The position numbers and the translations under genes are program-made. Source: an uncultured Verrucomicrobiota bacterium (lineage in GTDB: Bacteria > Verrucomicrobiota > Verrucomicrobiia > Limisphaerales > CAIQOK01). From it: a stretch of 64,000 nucleotides of DNA. Under the pieces are notes generated by a model. It did not search any database. It had not been told where the DNA came from and was given only the letters and a program-made list of their open reading frames with translations. The DNA is taken from NCBI GenBank assembly GCA_903873415.1, contig CAIQOK010000019.1, positions 8,144 to 72,143 of the forward strand. The letters run 5' to 3'. This document shows, piece by piece, positions 20,949-33,812 of the stretch. How positions within the stretch are numbered: the first letter of the stretch is position 1; every line of letters begins with the position of its first letter.

Positions 20949-21911
20949 TCATTTCAGTTCCACATCCAACGGCTGGCCGGGATGCAAGGCCACCTCCCCC
21001 GGGGAAAAACGGGCTTCGACCATAAAAACGAGCTTGGCCCGGTTCTCGCGGTTGTAAAGCATCGGTGGCGTAAACTCCGCCTCATTGGAGATATAACTCA
21101 CCGTGGCGGAATAAACCCGTCCCTCGCCGTCGCAGCGCAGCTGAACACTCTGTCCCGACTTGACCCTGGACATCTGGGGTTCAGGCACGAAAAAGCGCGC
21201 CTTCAGATTGCCGGGCGGCAAAAGAACCACCACCGGCCGGCCGGGTTCAACCCACTCGCCCTGGCGATAAAGAGTGTCGTGGACCGCGGAGGCGGCCGGG
21301 GCCATCTGGCGCTTTTGATCCAGCGCCCAACGGGCCTTGGCAACGGCGGCGGCCTGAGCTTCCACGTTGGCTTGCCCGGCTCGCAGCTCATCCTCACGCG
21401 CACCGAGCTTGGCCGTTTCAATATCGGCCGTAAGCTGGGAAACCTGGGCCAGATTGGCGTCGCGGACGCCGCGGGCAGAGTCGAGTTCCTCGGCGGAGAT
21501 GACCTCCGGGCCGCCCCTGAGTTTTTCCCGGCGGGCAAACTCGGATTGCGCCGTGGCTAGGCTGGACCGAGCCCGCTCCAGTTGGGCTTGCAAAGACGCA
21601 ATCTCGGTTGGACGCCGCCCCTTGGTCAGATTGTCCAACTGGGCTTGGGATTGGATGAGGTTTTTCTCCGCCTGTCGGAGTGAGGCTGCCTCGGACTCGT
21701 GCTCCAGTTCAAAGAGCAATTGGCCCGAAGAAACATGATCCCCGCGCGCCACGGCCAGATTGGTCAGAGCCCCGCCTAGAGGTGCTGCGACATAGATGTA
21801 TTCGCCTTCCACATAGCCTTGGAATTGGCCGGGATGCTGGCCTCCGCAGCCAGAAAAAAAAAGCGACGCCAGTCCGGCGGCGATGCAGGTGAAAATCCGG
21901 TGTTTAGTCAT
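20949..21911 (-). CDS. HlyD-family membrane fusion protein (YbhG-like), lipoprotein
   Basis: FSGC lipobox; QGYVEGE; coiled coil; AEFTPP. Confidence 0.9.
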   Translation of the reverse strand: MTKHRIFTCIAAGLASLFFSGCGGQHPGQFQGYVEGEYIYVAAPLGGALTNLAVARGDHVSSGQLLFELEHESEAASLRQAEKNLIQSQAQLDNLTKGRRPTEIASLQAQLERARSSLATAQSEFARREKLRGGPEVISAEELDSARGVRDANLAQVSQLTADIETAKLGAREDELRAGQANVEAQAAAVAKARWALDQKRQMAPAASAVHDTLYRQGEWVEPGRPVVVLLPPGNLKARFFVPEPQMSRVKSGQSVQLRCDGEGRVYSATVSYISNEAEFTPPMLYNRENRAKLVFMVEARFSPGEVALHPGQPLDVELK

Positions 21912-21961
21912 CCAGTTTTATGCCACCTTGCGGGGCATGGGTGGAGGAAAACAGAAAAGAG

Positions 21962-22000
21962 TTGACCCGTCAAACATCTGTTTCAATTATACGTTTGAAA
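21962..22000 (+). promoter_or_regulatory. Divergent promoter with candidate TetR operators
   Basis: TTGACC -35 at 21962; near-palindrome TCAAAC-ATCT-GTTTCA (21970-21985) overlapping TTTCAA-n8-TTGAAA (21981-22000), between hlyD and the TetR gene. Confidence 0.6.
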
Positions 22001-22001
22001 C

Positions 22002-22709
22002 ATGAGCTTGAGGATCACCTCACCCAACACTTCCGCAAGAGGGGGCCCAACCCGGCAGCAGTTGCTGGAGTCAGCGGGGGCGGTGTTTGCCGAGACTGGA
22101 TTCCGCCACGCCACCCTGCGGGAAATCTGCGCGCGCGCCGGGGCGAACATCGCGGCGGTGAACTACCATTTCGGCGACAAGGAAACCCTCTACTCCGAAG
22201 TGCTGCATTTCGCCCAGACCCAGGCTGTCGAAAAATATCCCCCCCTGCTAGAGGTGGGCCAGGACGCCCCGGCCGACCAGAGGCTCAACGCCTTTGTCCG
22301 CTCGCTCCTCCTGCGCCTGCTCGATCAAGGACCGGTCGCCTGGCATGGCAAGTTGATGGCCCGGGAAATGATCGAACCCACCTCCGCCCTGGACGCCCTT
22401 GCCAAAGAACGGATTCAACCCATGGCGGAGCAGTTGCGCGGCATTGTCGCCGAACTGCTGCAATGTTCCCCGGAGCAGGATCTCGTGAGGCACTGCTTGC
22501 TGAGCGTCGTGAGCCAGTGCGTTTTCTATCATCACTGCCGCCCGATGCTCGCCCGGATCTTCCCGCAACAACACTTCGATGCCGGGTCGGTTGAAAAACT
22601 CGCGGCCCACATCATCCGCTTCTCGCTTGCCGCCATGCAAAATCTCACCGAGCCTGTCTCCTCGTACGGGTGCCCGCAAGAGTTCTCCGTGACTGAACCG
22701 ATCCGTTGA
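22002..22709 (+). CDS. TetR-family regulator, CecR/YbiH-like (DUF1956 C-terminus)
   Basis: FAETGF..TLREICARAGANIAAVNYHFGDKETLY HTH; REMIEPT; adjacent to a ybhGF-like module. Confidence 0.88.
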   Translation: MSLRITSPNTSARGGPTRQQLLESAGAVFAETGFRHATLREICARAGANIAAVNYHFGDKETLYSEVLHFAQTQAVEKYPPLLEVGQDAPADQRLNAFVRSLLLRLLDQGPVAWHGKLMAREMIEPTSALDALAKERIQPMAEQLRGIVAELLQCSPEQDLVRHCLLSVVSQCVFYHHCRPMLARIFPQQHFDAGSVEKLAAHIIRFSLAAMQNLTEPVSSYGCPQEFSVTEPIR

Positions 22710-22713
22710 TTTT

Positions 22714-24117
22714 ATGAAACCGATTTCTTTTGGAATGAGTGCCGCCGCACGCTGCGTCCTGACCGCTGTAGTTCTGGTCGACCTCGCCCTGAGTGGACCT
22801 GTCCGCGCCCAATCCGGCAATGCCGGCGCGAATGCAAGTGAAACCGGCTGGCTGCGACAGCCTCTGGCGGTGGTGGACTGCCTGAATCTGGCGCTGACCC
22901 AAAACGCCGACATCCTCAAAGCCAAGAGCGATCTGGAGGCGGCGCACGGCGTGGTGGTTCAAACCCGCGCGGTCGCCCTGCCCCATTTGAAGGCTACCGG
23001 CCAGTTCAAGGAGACCGATGGACGGGCCGTTGAAGGCTTTGCCAACTTCTCCTTGCCCAAGCAGGACTGGAACAGCGGACTGCAACTGGTCCAGACGGTT
23101 TACGACGGCGGCCGCATGACGGCGGCGATCCGCGCCGGCCGCGCCACCGCCAAGCAAGCCGTGGCACAATACCAAACCGTGATCGCCGACACACTTTTAC
23201 GCGTGCGTCTGGCTTATTATGACGATCTCCTGGCCGCTCAGGAAATCGTGGTCAACGAGGCTTCGGTCAACCTGCTTCAAAAAGAATTGGACGACCAGAA
23301 GCACCGTTACGAAGCCGGCACGGTGCCGCGTTTCAATGTGCTCCGCGCCGAGGTGGCTGTGGCCAACCAGCGTCCGGCCTTGATCCGCGCCCACAATAAC
23401 GACCGACTGGCCAAAAACAACCTGGCCAACCTGCTGGGCTATCATCTGCCGGCCGAGGTGTGGGAAGACCTGCCTCTGCGGCTGACCGATACTCTGGCAG
23501 CCACGCCGTATTCGGTGAAGTTGCCCGACGCACTCCAACGCGCCTTGGCCAACCGCAGCGAATTGGCCGCTTTGCGCAAAACCGCAGAACTGCAGCAACT
23601 CAACATCATTAATGCCCGGTCCGGCTACAAACCCACCTTGCAGGCCTTTGCCGGCTACGGCTGGTTTAACGCCCAATTCACCCAGCCAGTCACCCTTGAT
23701 CACGACATTCACGGCTGGAATTTCGGCGGTCAACTCAGCTGGGACCTTTTTGACGGAATGTTGACCCGGGGCAAAGTCATCGAGGCCAAGGCGCATTACG
23801 AGCGCGCAAACATCGATGTGGACGACACGGGCCGCCGGATTGAGCTCGAGGTGCGCACGGCTTATTCCACGTTCAGCGAAGCCCGCGAGCTGCTCGACTC
23901 CCAACTCAAAGTACAGGAGCAGGCCGAGGAATCATTGCGCCTGGCCCGGGCCCGGGCGGAAGCGGGAACCGGCACCCAGCTCGACGTTCTAGACGCCCAA
24001 ACCTCGCTCACCCAAGCCCGAACCACCCAAGTGCAGGCCCTGCACGATTACGCCACCGCCCGTGCCCGGCTCGAACGGGCCATGGGTGAGGATGTGACCG
24101 CCAGTGGCGCAAAATAA
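22714..24117 (+). CDS. TolC-family outer membrane efflux protein
   Basis: Two OEP repeats (RYEAGTVPRFNVLRAE; AGTGTQLDVLDAQ). Confidence 0.9.
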   Translation: MKPISFGMSAAARCVLTAVVLVDLALSGPVRAQSGNAGANASETGWLRQPLAVVDCLNLALTQNADILKAKSDLEAAHGVVVQTRAVALPHLKATGQFKETDGRAVEGFANFSLPKQDWNSGLQLVQTVYDGGRMTAAIRAGRATAKQAVAQYQTVIADTLLRVRLAYYDDLLAAQEIVVNEASVNLLQKELDDQKHRYEAGTVPRFNVLRAEVAVANQRPALIRAHNNDRLAKNNLANLLGYHLPAEVWEDLPLRLTDTLAATPYSVKLPDALQRALANRSELAALRKTAELQQLNIINARSGYKPTLQAFAGYGWFNAQFTQPVTLDHDIHGWNFGGQLSWDLFDGMLTRGKVIEAKAHYERANIDVDDTGRRIELEVRTAYSTFSEARELLDSQLKVQEQAEESLRLARARAEAGTGTQLDVLDAQTSLTQARTTQVQALHDYATARARLERAMGEDVTASGAK

Positions 24118-24405
24118 AAGCCCCTTCGCCCGGCGCGATATACCTCAACCGGATCCTGTGGCGGCGTTCTACGAAATCCCAAGTCCAATGATTCACCCGC
24201 AACCGGGCACTTCAACCAACCCCGGATTTTTCAGCGGCTCCCAAATGTGTTGTGTCGGGCGCAAACGGGCACGCACTCCGCCCCAAGCGCAGCAGGACAG
24301 GGTGTTATCCCTGTCGAAAAACGAACGTTTTTCCGACGATCCTTGATGAGCCGAAAGCCGGCTGCAGGATAAAGTTACTTTTGGTTACGGCTTGCCGGGT
24401 TTGAA

Positions 24406-25461
24406 TTATGGTTCTATCCGTCGGGTGGCCGGTTTAACTTCAAAGGTTCCATCCCCGCCTAGTTGACGCCCAAAGCCGCCGCCGGCCAACCAAGCTCCTG
24501 CGCGGGCGTCCTGCTTGAGAAAAGCTTCCCAGAAAACCAGTGAACACTCACAAATCCGGTCTTCAAACACCCGCTCCCGTTCCGGCGTTCGACTGGCATA
24601 GCGTCCCGCAAACACCATGTGATCCGCCCCTTGCAGCGTGATAAGAAACTGGTCAGCGCCGGAAATATGATCGAAGGGCAATCGCCGCTCAGCCGCCCCC
24701 GTCCCGCCGATCGGACTTGCGTCCGCCGTCCCGGTCATGTGGAGAATGGGAATCCGGATTTTGCCGAAGGCCCGATCCAAAGCCGCTGGGGTCCTGATCG
24801 CAGGGAGGGGCGAACTCATTGCGATGGCCGCCTTAACACGCGGATCGGCAAAGCAAAGCCGCTCCCCTGAGGTGCCGAGGAACACCTGTCCGGCCACGCC
24901 CAAGGTGGTGAATGCGCCGAAAGAATGCCCCGCCAACCCCACCCGTGTCAGATCAAGCCGCCCCTTGAATCCGGAGTCGGACCGGTTGAGTTGTTCCAAA
25001 CGGTCCAGAACGAAGCTGACATCCATGGGCCGGTTGGTGGCGTTGGCCGGGTTGGCTGCCGCGCGCCGCAACGCGGCCATTGCGCCCTGCATTCCACCGC
25101 TCTGCCACACGGCACTGTCACTGCCCGCATGCTGCAGATGAACAGAAATGTAACCGTGTCCGGCCCAGGCACGGCCAAGATACTCGTAACCTTCGCGCGA
25201 GCCTCCCAAGCCATGGGAAAAAAGCAGGACCGGCAACGGGCCTTTGCCGGCCTGCGGACTGTAAATCTTCACCGGAACCTTGCGATCACGAATCACGTCG
25301 ATCCAATCAAAGCGGGTGATTTGAACAGGCCCGGTTTGAGCTGGCAGTTTATATTCAGCCGCAACAACCTCCACCGCCGCCTCAAGAAGGGGCATCAAGA
25401 GCAGGCAAGCCAGATACATCAGCCAAGCTGGGGATTTGAATCCGTTTGGAAATCGTTTCAT
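24406..25461 (-). CDS. Predicted dienelactone-hydrolase-like alpha/beta hydrolase
   Basis: FSHGLGGS, AGHSFGA, TGTAD, ADHM; start uncertain. Confidence 0.82.
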   Translation of the reverse strand: MKRFPNGFKSPAWLMYLACLLLMPLLEAAVEVVAAEYKLPAQTGPVQITRFDWIDVIRDRKVPVKIYSPQAGKGPLPVLLFSHGLGGSREGYEYLGRAWAGHGYISVHLQHAGSDSAVWQSGGMQGAMAALRRAAANPANATNRPMDVSFVLDRLEQLNRSDSGFKGRLDLTRVGLAGHSFGAFTTLGVAGQVFLGTSGERLCFADPRVKAAIAMSSPLPAIRTPAALDRAFGKIRIPILHMTGTADASPIGGTGAAERRLPFDHISGADQFLITLQGADHMVFAGRYASRTPERERVFEDRICECSLVFWEAFLKQDARAGAWLAGGGFGRQLGGDGTFEVKPATRRIEP

Positions 25462-25567
25462 GGGCCTGATGGCTGCCGGCATGTGGAGGCGTGCTGCAAA
25501 AAAACCTCGAAAACCGGTCATGTCTTCAGTCCCGGCTGATGGCCTCCGCGCCTTGAAAGCCATCCGG

Positions 25568-27358
25568 TCAATGATATTCCTGTATGGTCTTCACCGCGTA
25601 GCCGGACTTTTTAAGTGCGGCGATCCCAAGGGCGGCAGCCTTAGCGCCACTAAGAGTGGTCATGATCGGGGTTCCGGTGTAAACCGCCGTGGTCCGGATT
25701 TTGATTTCGTCCACGCGGGGAACGGCGCCGCTGGGCGTGTTGATCACCAGTTGCACTTCCTTGTTCTTAAGCAGGTCGATGACGTTGGGGCGTCCCTCAA
25801 GGAGTTTGAGGATGCGCTCCACCTTCAAACCGCTCCGTTCCAGAACGGAAGCGGTGCCGCTGGTAGCCACCAGTTCGAAACCCAGCCCGGCGAACAAACG
25901 GGCCACCTGGGCCACCTCGGGCTTGTGTGCGTCGCTCACGCTCAAGAACACCTTGCCCCCCAGCGGCAGGGGCGAGTTGGCTGCCATTTGCGATTTGGCG
26001 TAAGCCACCCCCAGATCGGGATCCAATCCCATGACCTCACCGGTGGAGCGCATCTCCGGAGAGAGCAAAATATCCTGCCCATGAAAGCGGTTGAAAGGAA
26101 AAACCGACTCCTTCACCGCCCAGTAGGCAGGCCAGATCTCCGACGTGAACCCCAGCTCCTTGAGCGTCTTGCCCGCCATCACCTTGGCGGCAAGCTTGGC
26201 CAGAGGAAATCCGATCGCCTTGCTGACGAAGGGCACTGTCCGCGATGCGCGCGGATTGACTTCAAGAACGTAAACGTCGTCACCCTTGACGGCATATTGC
26301 ACATTCATCAAGCCGACAACCCTCAGTTCCCGGGCCATGGCGTGGGAGTATTCCCGGATGGTTTGAACGACCTTTTGCGAAAGTGTATGGGGAGGCAGCA
26401 CCATTGCCGCATCCCCGGAATGCACGCCGGCAAACTCGATATGCTCCAACATTCCGCCCATCACCACCGTGCCCTCGGAGGGATTTTCGAACTGCCCCAC
26501 ATCGGCAATGCAATCCACATCCACCTCGGTGGCGTCCTCGAGGAATTTGTCCACCAGCACCGGCCGCTCGGGCGAGGCCTCCACAGCAAACCGCATGTAA
26601 TGCTGCAGCTCGCTGTCGGAATAGACAATCTGCATGGCGCGCCCCCCCAGCACAAAACTCGGCCGGACCAGCACCGGATATCCCAGCCGTTTCGAGGCCA
26701 CCAAGGCTTCCGACTCGTTGGTTGCCAGTCCGTTGGGCGGCTGCGGAATGTTCAGCTTGTTAAGCATCGCCGCAAAAAGCTTTCGGTCCTCCGCGATTTC
26801 TATGCTCTGAGGAGAGGTGCCGATGATGTTGACCCCGTTTTTCTGGAGGGCTAGGGCGAGATTCAAGGGCGTCTGGCCTCCAAACTGGGCGATGGCACCC
26901 CAGCACTTTTCTCGCTCGTAAATATGCAGCACGTCCTCGAGGGTCAGCGGCTCGAAAAACAACTTGTCGCTCGTGTCATAATCCGTCGAGACCGTCTCCG
27001 GATTCGAATTGACCATGATGGTCTCAAAACCGTCTTCCTTGAGGGCGAAGGCGGCATGAACACAGCAATAGTCAAACTCAATCCCCTGCCCGATCCGGTT
27101 GGGCCCGCCGCCCAAGATCATCACCTTTCTGGCGCTGTTGCCCTTCACCTCATCATCGCCCCGGTCGTAGGTGGAGTAGTAATAGGGGGTGTAGGCCTCG
27201 AATTCAGCGGCGCAGGTGTCCACTAGGCGGTAGCTGGGTATCAACCCGATCCTCTTGCGCTCTGCGCGCACCGCGTCCTCGGACTGACCGGTCAAATGGG
27301 CGATTTGGCGGTCGGAAAAACCCAGCGCTTTGGCTTTGGCTAATTGTTCAGCGTTCAT
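25568..27358 (-). CDS. carB: Carbamoyl-phosphate synthase large subunit, C-terminal half only (end of oligomerisation domain + second ATP-grasp + MGS)
   Basis: Begins MNAEQLAKAKALGFSDRQIA..VDTCAAEF; GGGPNRIGQGIEFDY; RPSFVLGG; EVNPRASRT; SPEMRSTGE; MGS domain. No N-half upstream. Confidence 0.9.
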   Translation of the reverse strand: MNAEQLAKAKALGFSDRQIAHLTGQSEDAVRAERKRIGLIPSYRLVDTCAAEFEAYTPYYYSTYDRGDDEVKGNSARKVMILGGGPNRIGQGIEFDYCCVHAAFALKEDGFETIMVNSNPETVSTDYDTSDKLFFEPLTLEDVLHIYEREKCWGAIAQFGGQTPLNLALALQKNGVNIIGTSPQSIEIAEDRKLFAAMLNKLNIPQPPNGLATNESEALVASKRLGYPVLVRPSFVLGGRAMQIVYSDSELQHYMRFAVEASPERPVLVDKFLEDATEVDVDCIADVGQFENPSEGTVVMGGMLEHIEFAGVHSGDAAMVLPPHTLSQKVVQTIREYSHAMARELRVVGLMNVQYAVKGDDVYVLEVNPRASRTVPFVSKAIGFPLAKLAAKVMAGKTLKELGFTSEIWPAYWAVKESVFPFNRFHGQDILLSPEMRSTGEVMGLDPDLGVAYAKSQMAANSPLPLGGKVFLSVSDAHKPEVAQVARLFAGLGFELVATSGTASVLERSGLKVERILKLLEGRPNVIDLLKNKEVQLVINTPSGAVPRVDEIKIRTTAVYTGTPIMTTLSGAKAAALGIAALKKSGYAVKTIQEYH

Positions 27359-27573
27359 TTGTAAAACCCCGCTAAGCAAACCGCAACGCGCCGCCGGTGT
27401 CGAGTTTGAAAACAGCGGATCTGCGCGCTCCATTTCGCGTCCAATCCCGGAACGGCTTGCCTTTGCCAACCGGGCACAAAGGCTCGCGTTGTTTTTCTGA
27501 CGCCCGCCTTTGAACATGAGGGACTGAAAGAGAAGCGCCGCGCCGGCAGATCCGAATCCGCCGCGCCGCTGCG

Positions 27574-27602
27574 TTGACACTGCGGAGAACCGCTGCTACT
27601 GT
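27574..27602 (+). promoter_or_regulatory. Sigma70-type promoter of ileS
   Basis: TTGACA-17 bp-TACTGT with extended TG; ends 14 nt before ATG 27617. Confidence 0.75.
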
Positions 27603-27616
27603 GCGCGTTCTTTCAG

Positions 27617-30430
<2,814 letters not shown>

Positions 30431-30670
30431 CCGCACCCTGCCCGGGCACCCTGCCCTAGGCCACCCGTCGAACAGGGTCCTTTCAACACTACGAATCCAC
30501 AAGGCACTTCGTGGTTTTTTGCCGGCTGGTTTTTTCGGATATTTGCTCTAGGCCCAAGTCAATGCTCAGCCCGCCAGGCGGTTGGATTTATCCGGCGCTC
30601 ACAGGATTGGCTGCCCTACCCTATCTTTTTTGGCAGTTTTTAAGTTTCTGCTTTAACAGTCCGTAGCCTT

Positions 30671-32473
30671 CTAGTGGCTGCGCAACCAGAGATCGATCTG
30701 AAATTCAAGCTGGTCCAGAGGCAAAGCGCCCCGGGCCAGAATCTGGTCGTGAAAGCGTCGCAGGTCGAATTTCGGGCCTAAAACCCGAGCGGCCCGATCG
30801 CGGAGCTCCTTGATTTTCAACTGCCCGATTTTATAAGCCAAGGCCTGCCCGGGCCAAACGATATCGCGGTCCACTTCCACCACCGCCTCATGCTCGGTCT
30901 CGCTGGTATTGGCCAGCAGGGTATTGATGGCTTGCTGCCTCGTCCATCCCAGCGAATGCATGCCGGTATCCACCACTAGGCGCAGGGCGCGCCACATCTC
31001 AAAAGTCAACTGACCGTAATGCGAGTAGGGATCTTTGTAGAAGCCCAGCTCGGATCCGAGGGACTCGGCATAGAGTCCCCAGCCTTCCACAAAGGCGGTG
31101 TATCCGGCATGTTTGCGGACCTCCGGAACGCCCTCCATTTCCTGGGCTAGGGAAATCTGCAGGTGATGGCCGGGCACTGCTTCGTGACAGGTCAACACCT
31201 CCATCTCCCACTTGGGGCGGGAAGCGAGGTCGCAGGTGTTGGCGAAGAAATCCCCCGCCCGCCCGGCATCCGGCGACCCCGGCTCGTAGTAGGCCGCGGT
31301 TTGGGATTTCTCGGCGTAAGCCGGCACCGCCACCACCCCATAGGTGTTGCGCGGCAACTTCCCGAAAAGCCCGGGCAACCCCCGATCCGCCCGCTTGGAA
31401 ATATCCCTATATCCCATGAGCAGATCGGCCGCGTTGGTATAGTAAAACTGCGGGCTCTCATGAAGAAACCTGGTGAACTGCCCAAAGTCCCCGTTGAACC
31501 CGGTTTGTCTGATCACTTCATCCATCTCGGCACGAATCCGCTTGACCTCGGACTGCCCGATTTCATGAATTTGCCGGGGCGTGAGCTTGGTGGTGGTCTG
31601 GGTCCGGGCGTTATAGGCATACCAGGCGGCCCCGTTTGGCAACTGGCTCATGCCGATACTTTCCCGCGCACCGGGCAGGTAAGTGAGAACAAGAAACTCA
31701 TGAAGCTTTGCAAAGGCGGGAAGGACCTTTTCCTTCAACGCCACGGCGGCCAGACCTCGGAGCCGCTCCCGGTCCGCCCCGGGTATCGCACCGGGAAATT
31801 CTGTGAATGACTTGAGCAGTGGGTTTTTGTCCGGATCCGGATTCATCTGGTTCTTCACCTGATCCGGCACATCGCGCAGGGTGATTCGGGGCGGGGTGAT
31901 ACCTGCCTGAAGCCCTTTGCGCAAGAGCACCAACGTCTGGTCGATCACCTCCGGCACTGCATTGAGGCGGGCCAGAATGTCGGCGTAATCCTTGATGTTC
32001 GCGCGGGGTGAAATCTCCAAGGTCTGGGCCAAATCCTGTTGCACACCGTTCATCTGGGTCAGAGGCATATATTCGCCATGAAATGCGAGTCCTTCGATAC
32101 CCTCTTGGATTCCGCACAGGCAGAGGTCGTAGTTCAGCTGATCGGCCGCAGTCAACTTGGAACGGCGGATGGACTGGAGCACTTTACGCGGAGCCTGCAA
32201 TTCGCGCTGGCGGCGGGCAATGGCCTCGAGCGAGCTGTCGCTCCACCGGTCATTCAACCCCGGATGCCCCACGGACGTGGCAAACTCCGGACTCTCGGAA
32301 AGTGAGTGTTCCCAATCCAGTTTGAAGAAATCCTGCAAGCCCTCGGCGTCCGCGCGGGAGCTGGTCGCCAGCTTGGCGCATTCCCGCTCATAAACGCTGG
32401 GAAGCGGCTGGACGGCAAACAAAGTAAAAGCCCCCAACAGGAAAGTCAGCAAAAGAGATCGGATTAAGATCAT
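30671..32473 (-). CDS. DUF885 family protein (putative metallopeptidase)
   Basis: HEAVPGHHLQ, AFVEGWGLYAE, RLVVDTGMH, PGQALAYKIG; signal peptide; TTGCTG-16-TAATCT promoter 5 nt upstream. Confidence 0.9.
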   Translation of the reverse strand: MILIRSLLLTFLLGAFTLFAVQPLPSVYERECAKLATSSRADAEGLQDFFKLDWEHSLSESPEFATSVGHPGLNDRWSDSSLEAIARRQRELQAPRKVLQSIRRSKLTAADQLNYDLCLCGIQEGIEGLAFHGEYMPLTQMNGVQQDLAQTLEISPRANIKDYADILARLNAVPEVIDQTLVLLRKGLQAGITPPRITLRDVPDQVKNQMNPDPDKNPLLKSFTEFPGAIPGADRERLRGLAAVALKEKVLPAFAKLHEFLVLTYLPGARESIGMSQLPNGAAWYAYNARTQTTTKLTPRQIHEIGQSEVKRIRAEMDEVIRQTGFNGDFGQFTRFLHESPQFYYTNAADLLMGYRDISKRADRGLPGLFGKLPRNTYGVVAVPAYAEKSQTAAYYEPGSPDAGRAGDFFANTCDLASRPKWEMEVLTCHEAVPGHHLQISLAQEMEGVPEVRKHAGYTAFVEGWGLYAESLGSELGFYKDPYSHYGQLTFEMWRALRLVVDTGMHSLGWTRQQAINTLLANTSETEHEAVVEVDRDIVWPGQALAYKIGQLKIKELRDRAARVLGPKFDLRRFHDQILARGALPLDQLEFQIDLWLRSH

Positions 32474-32697
32474 AGCGCAGATTACCAATCCCCCACCAGA
32501 CAGCAAGAGAGGCAAAGCAGAGCGGCCTCAAACGCCCTTTGCCACTGGGATCCTTGAAAAACCACCCGGCTGACTATCTTACTCTGCCCTGCCCGCCGCG
32601 GGCATGCCGGTTCAAGAGATGTGCCTCTATTCCACCGGACTTTTGCAGTCTGTTATAAATGCTGGCCGCCGGGGCTTTGCTGCTGCAAAATCCTCGT

Positions 32698-33564
32698 ATG
32701 CCTAAACCATTCCCGCCCCGCTCCCAGACCAGGCCGGAGTTCAGAACCAGTTCACCCCGCACGAGCCGCCCCCTGCCCTTCCCGGCCATGCCCCAGCTAC
32801 CGGGCCTCTGGCTTTGCCCAGGTCTCCTGCTTCTGTTTTCGCTGATTCATTCCGCAGGGCCGCAAGCACGGGCCGGCACAATCGAGCCGACCACAGCCCA
32901 ACATTACGAGGTCAGAACACAACACGACCCCAACGGAATTGGCAAATTCCATCTCGGTCGGGAAATCGCCGACGTGATGGGGCATCAAGCCGCAGACTGG
33001 CTGGAGCGGCCGGAACGCGAGCGGGAAGAGCGCACCGACCTGCTGGTCCCCTCCTTAAAACTCAAGCCGGGCGACATCGTAGCGGACATCGGCGCAGGCA
33101 CCGGATACTACACGCGCCGTCTCGCAACCGCCGTGTCCACCAAAACAACCGCAGCCAAATCAGGACGCGTCTATGCCGAGGACATCCAACCGGAAATGCT
33201 CGACATACTCACCAATAAAATGATTCAGGCCGGCATCACCAACGTGAGTCCAATCCTCGGCACTCTGACCGATCCTCAACTCCCTAAAGATTCACTCGAT
33301 TTAATTCTCATGGTGGATGTCTATCACGAATTTGATCATCCCTTTGAAATGGTCGAATCCATGTGCCGGTCATTGAAGCCGGGCGGCCGGATCGTTTTCG
33401 TCGAGTTCCGGGGCGAGGATCCCAACGTGCCCATCAAGCTGGTTCATAAAATGTCCGAAGCCCAGGTCCGCAAAGAAATGTCGCTTCATCCCCTTGTCTG
33501 GGTGGAGACCATTGAGTCCATGCCCCAGCAGCATATTATTGTTTTCCAAAGAAAGACCCGTTAA
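32698..33564 (+). CDS. Class I SAM-dependent methyltransferase (probably exported)
   Basis: VADIGAGTG, DIQPEML, VDVYHEF, LKPGG; start may be 32788. Confidence 0.85.
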   Translation: MPKPFPPRSQTRPEFRTSSPRTSRPLPFPAMPQLPGLWLCPGLLLLFSLIHSAGPQARAGTIEPTTAQHYEVRTQHDPNGIGKFHLGREIADVMGHQAADWLERPEREREERTDLLVPSLKLKPGDIVADIGAGTGYYTRRLATAVSTKTTAAKSGRVYAEDIQPEMLDILTNKMIQAGITNVSPILGTLTDPQLPKDSLDLILMVDVYHEFDHPFEMVESMCRSLKPGGRIVFVEFRGEDPNVPIKLVHKMSEAQVRKEMSLHPLVWVETIESMPQQHIIVFQRKTR

Positions 33565-33812
33565 CTCAATGCCCGCAGCGCCGCCGATTACCCAGCCGAC
33601 CAAGCCCCGCAGCCCGGCGGCCAAGGTGAACAATTCATAAGCTTTCCAGCGGGCATAAGAACGCTCCGCCCGCAAAAGGCCGGGAACAAAAAGGAAGTGA
33701 CGATCCACCCTGCACCCTACATCCGCCCTTGGCAGCAGGGGTTTGACCACGCTACCTGCCGGAACGCTCCGCCTCCGGAAAACACGTAAGGCCGGGGAAT
33801 GCGCGGCGGTGG

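Noticed and set aside
24313-24363. Hammerhead-ribozyme-like words (CGAAA...TTGATGAG)
   Set aside because: The core is TTGATGA rather than CTGANGA, and stems I and II cannot form next to the core in any permutation
25436-26854. Long antisense ORFs (also 3548-4789, 37591-38727, 60543-61556, 61835-63301)
   Set aside because: Shadows of well-supported genes on the opposite strand in high-GC DNA; no recognisable motifs
27359-27580. 74-codon in-frame extension upstream of the carB half as a remnant of the N-terminal half
   Set aside because: No CarB-like residues, and it overlaps the ileS promoter
30433-30456. GCACCCTGCCC direct repeat after ileS
   Set aside because: Only two short copies with a 2-nt gap; not an array
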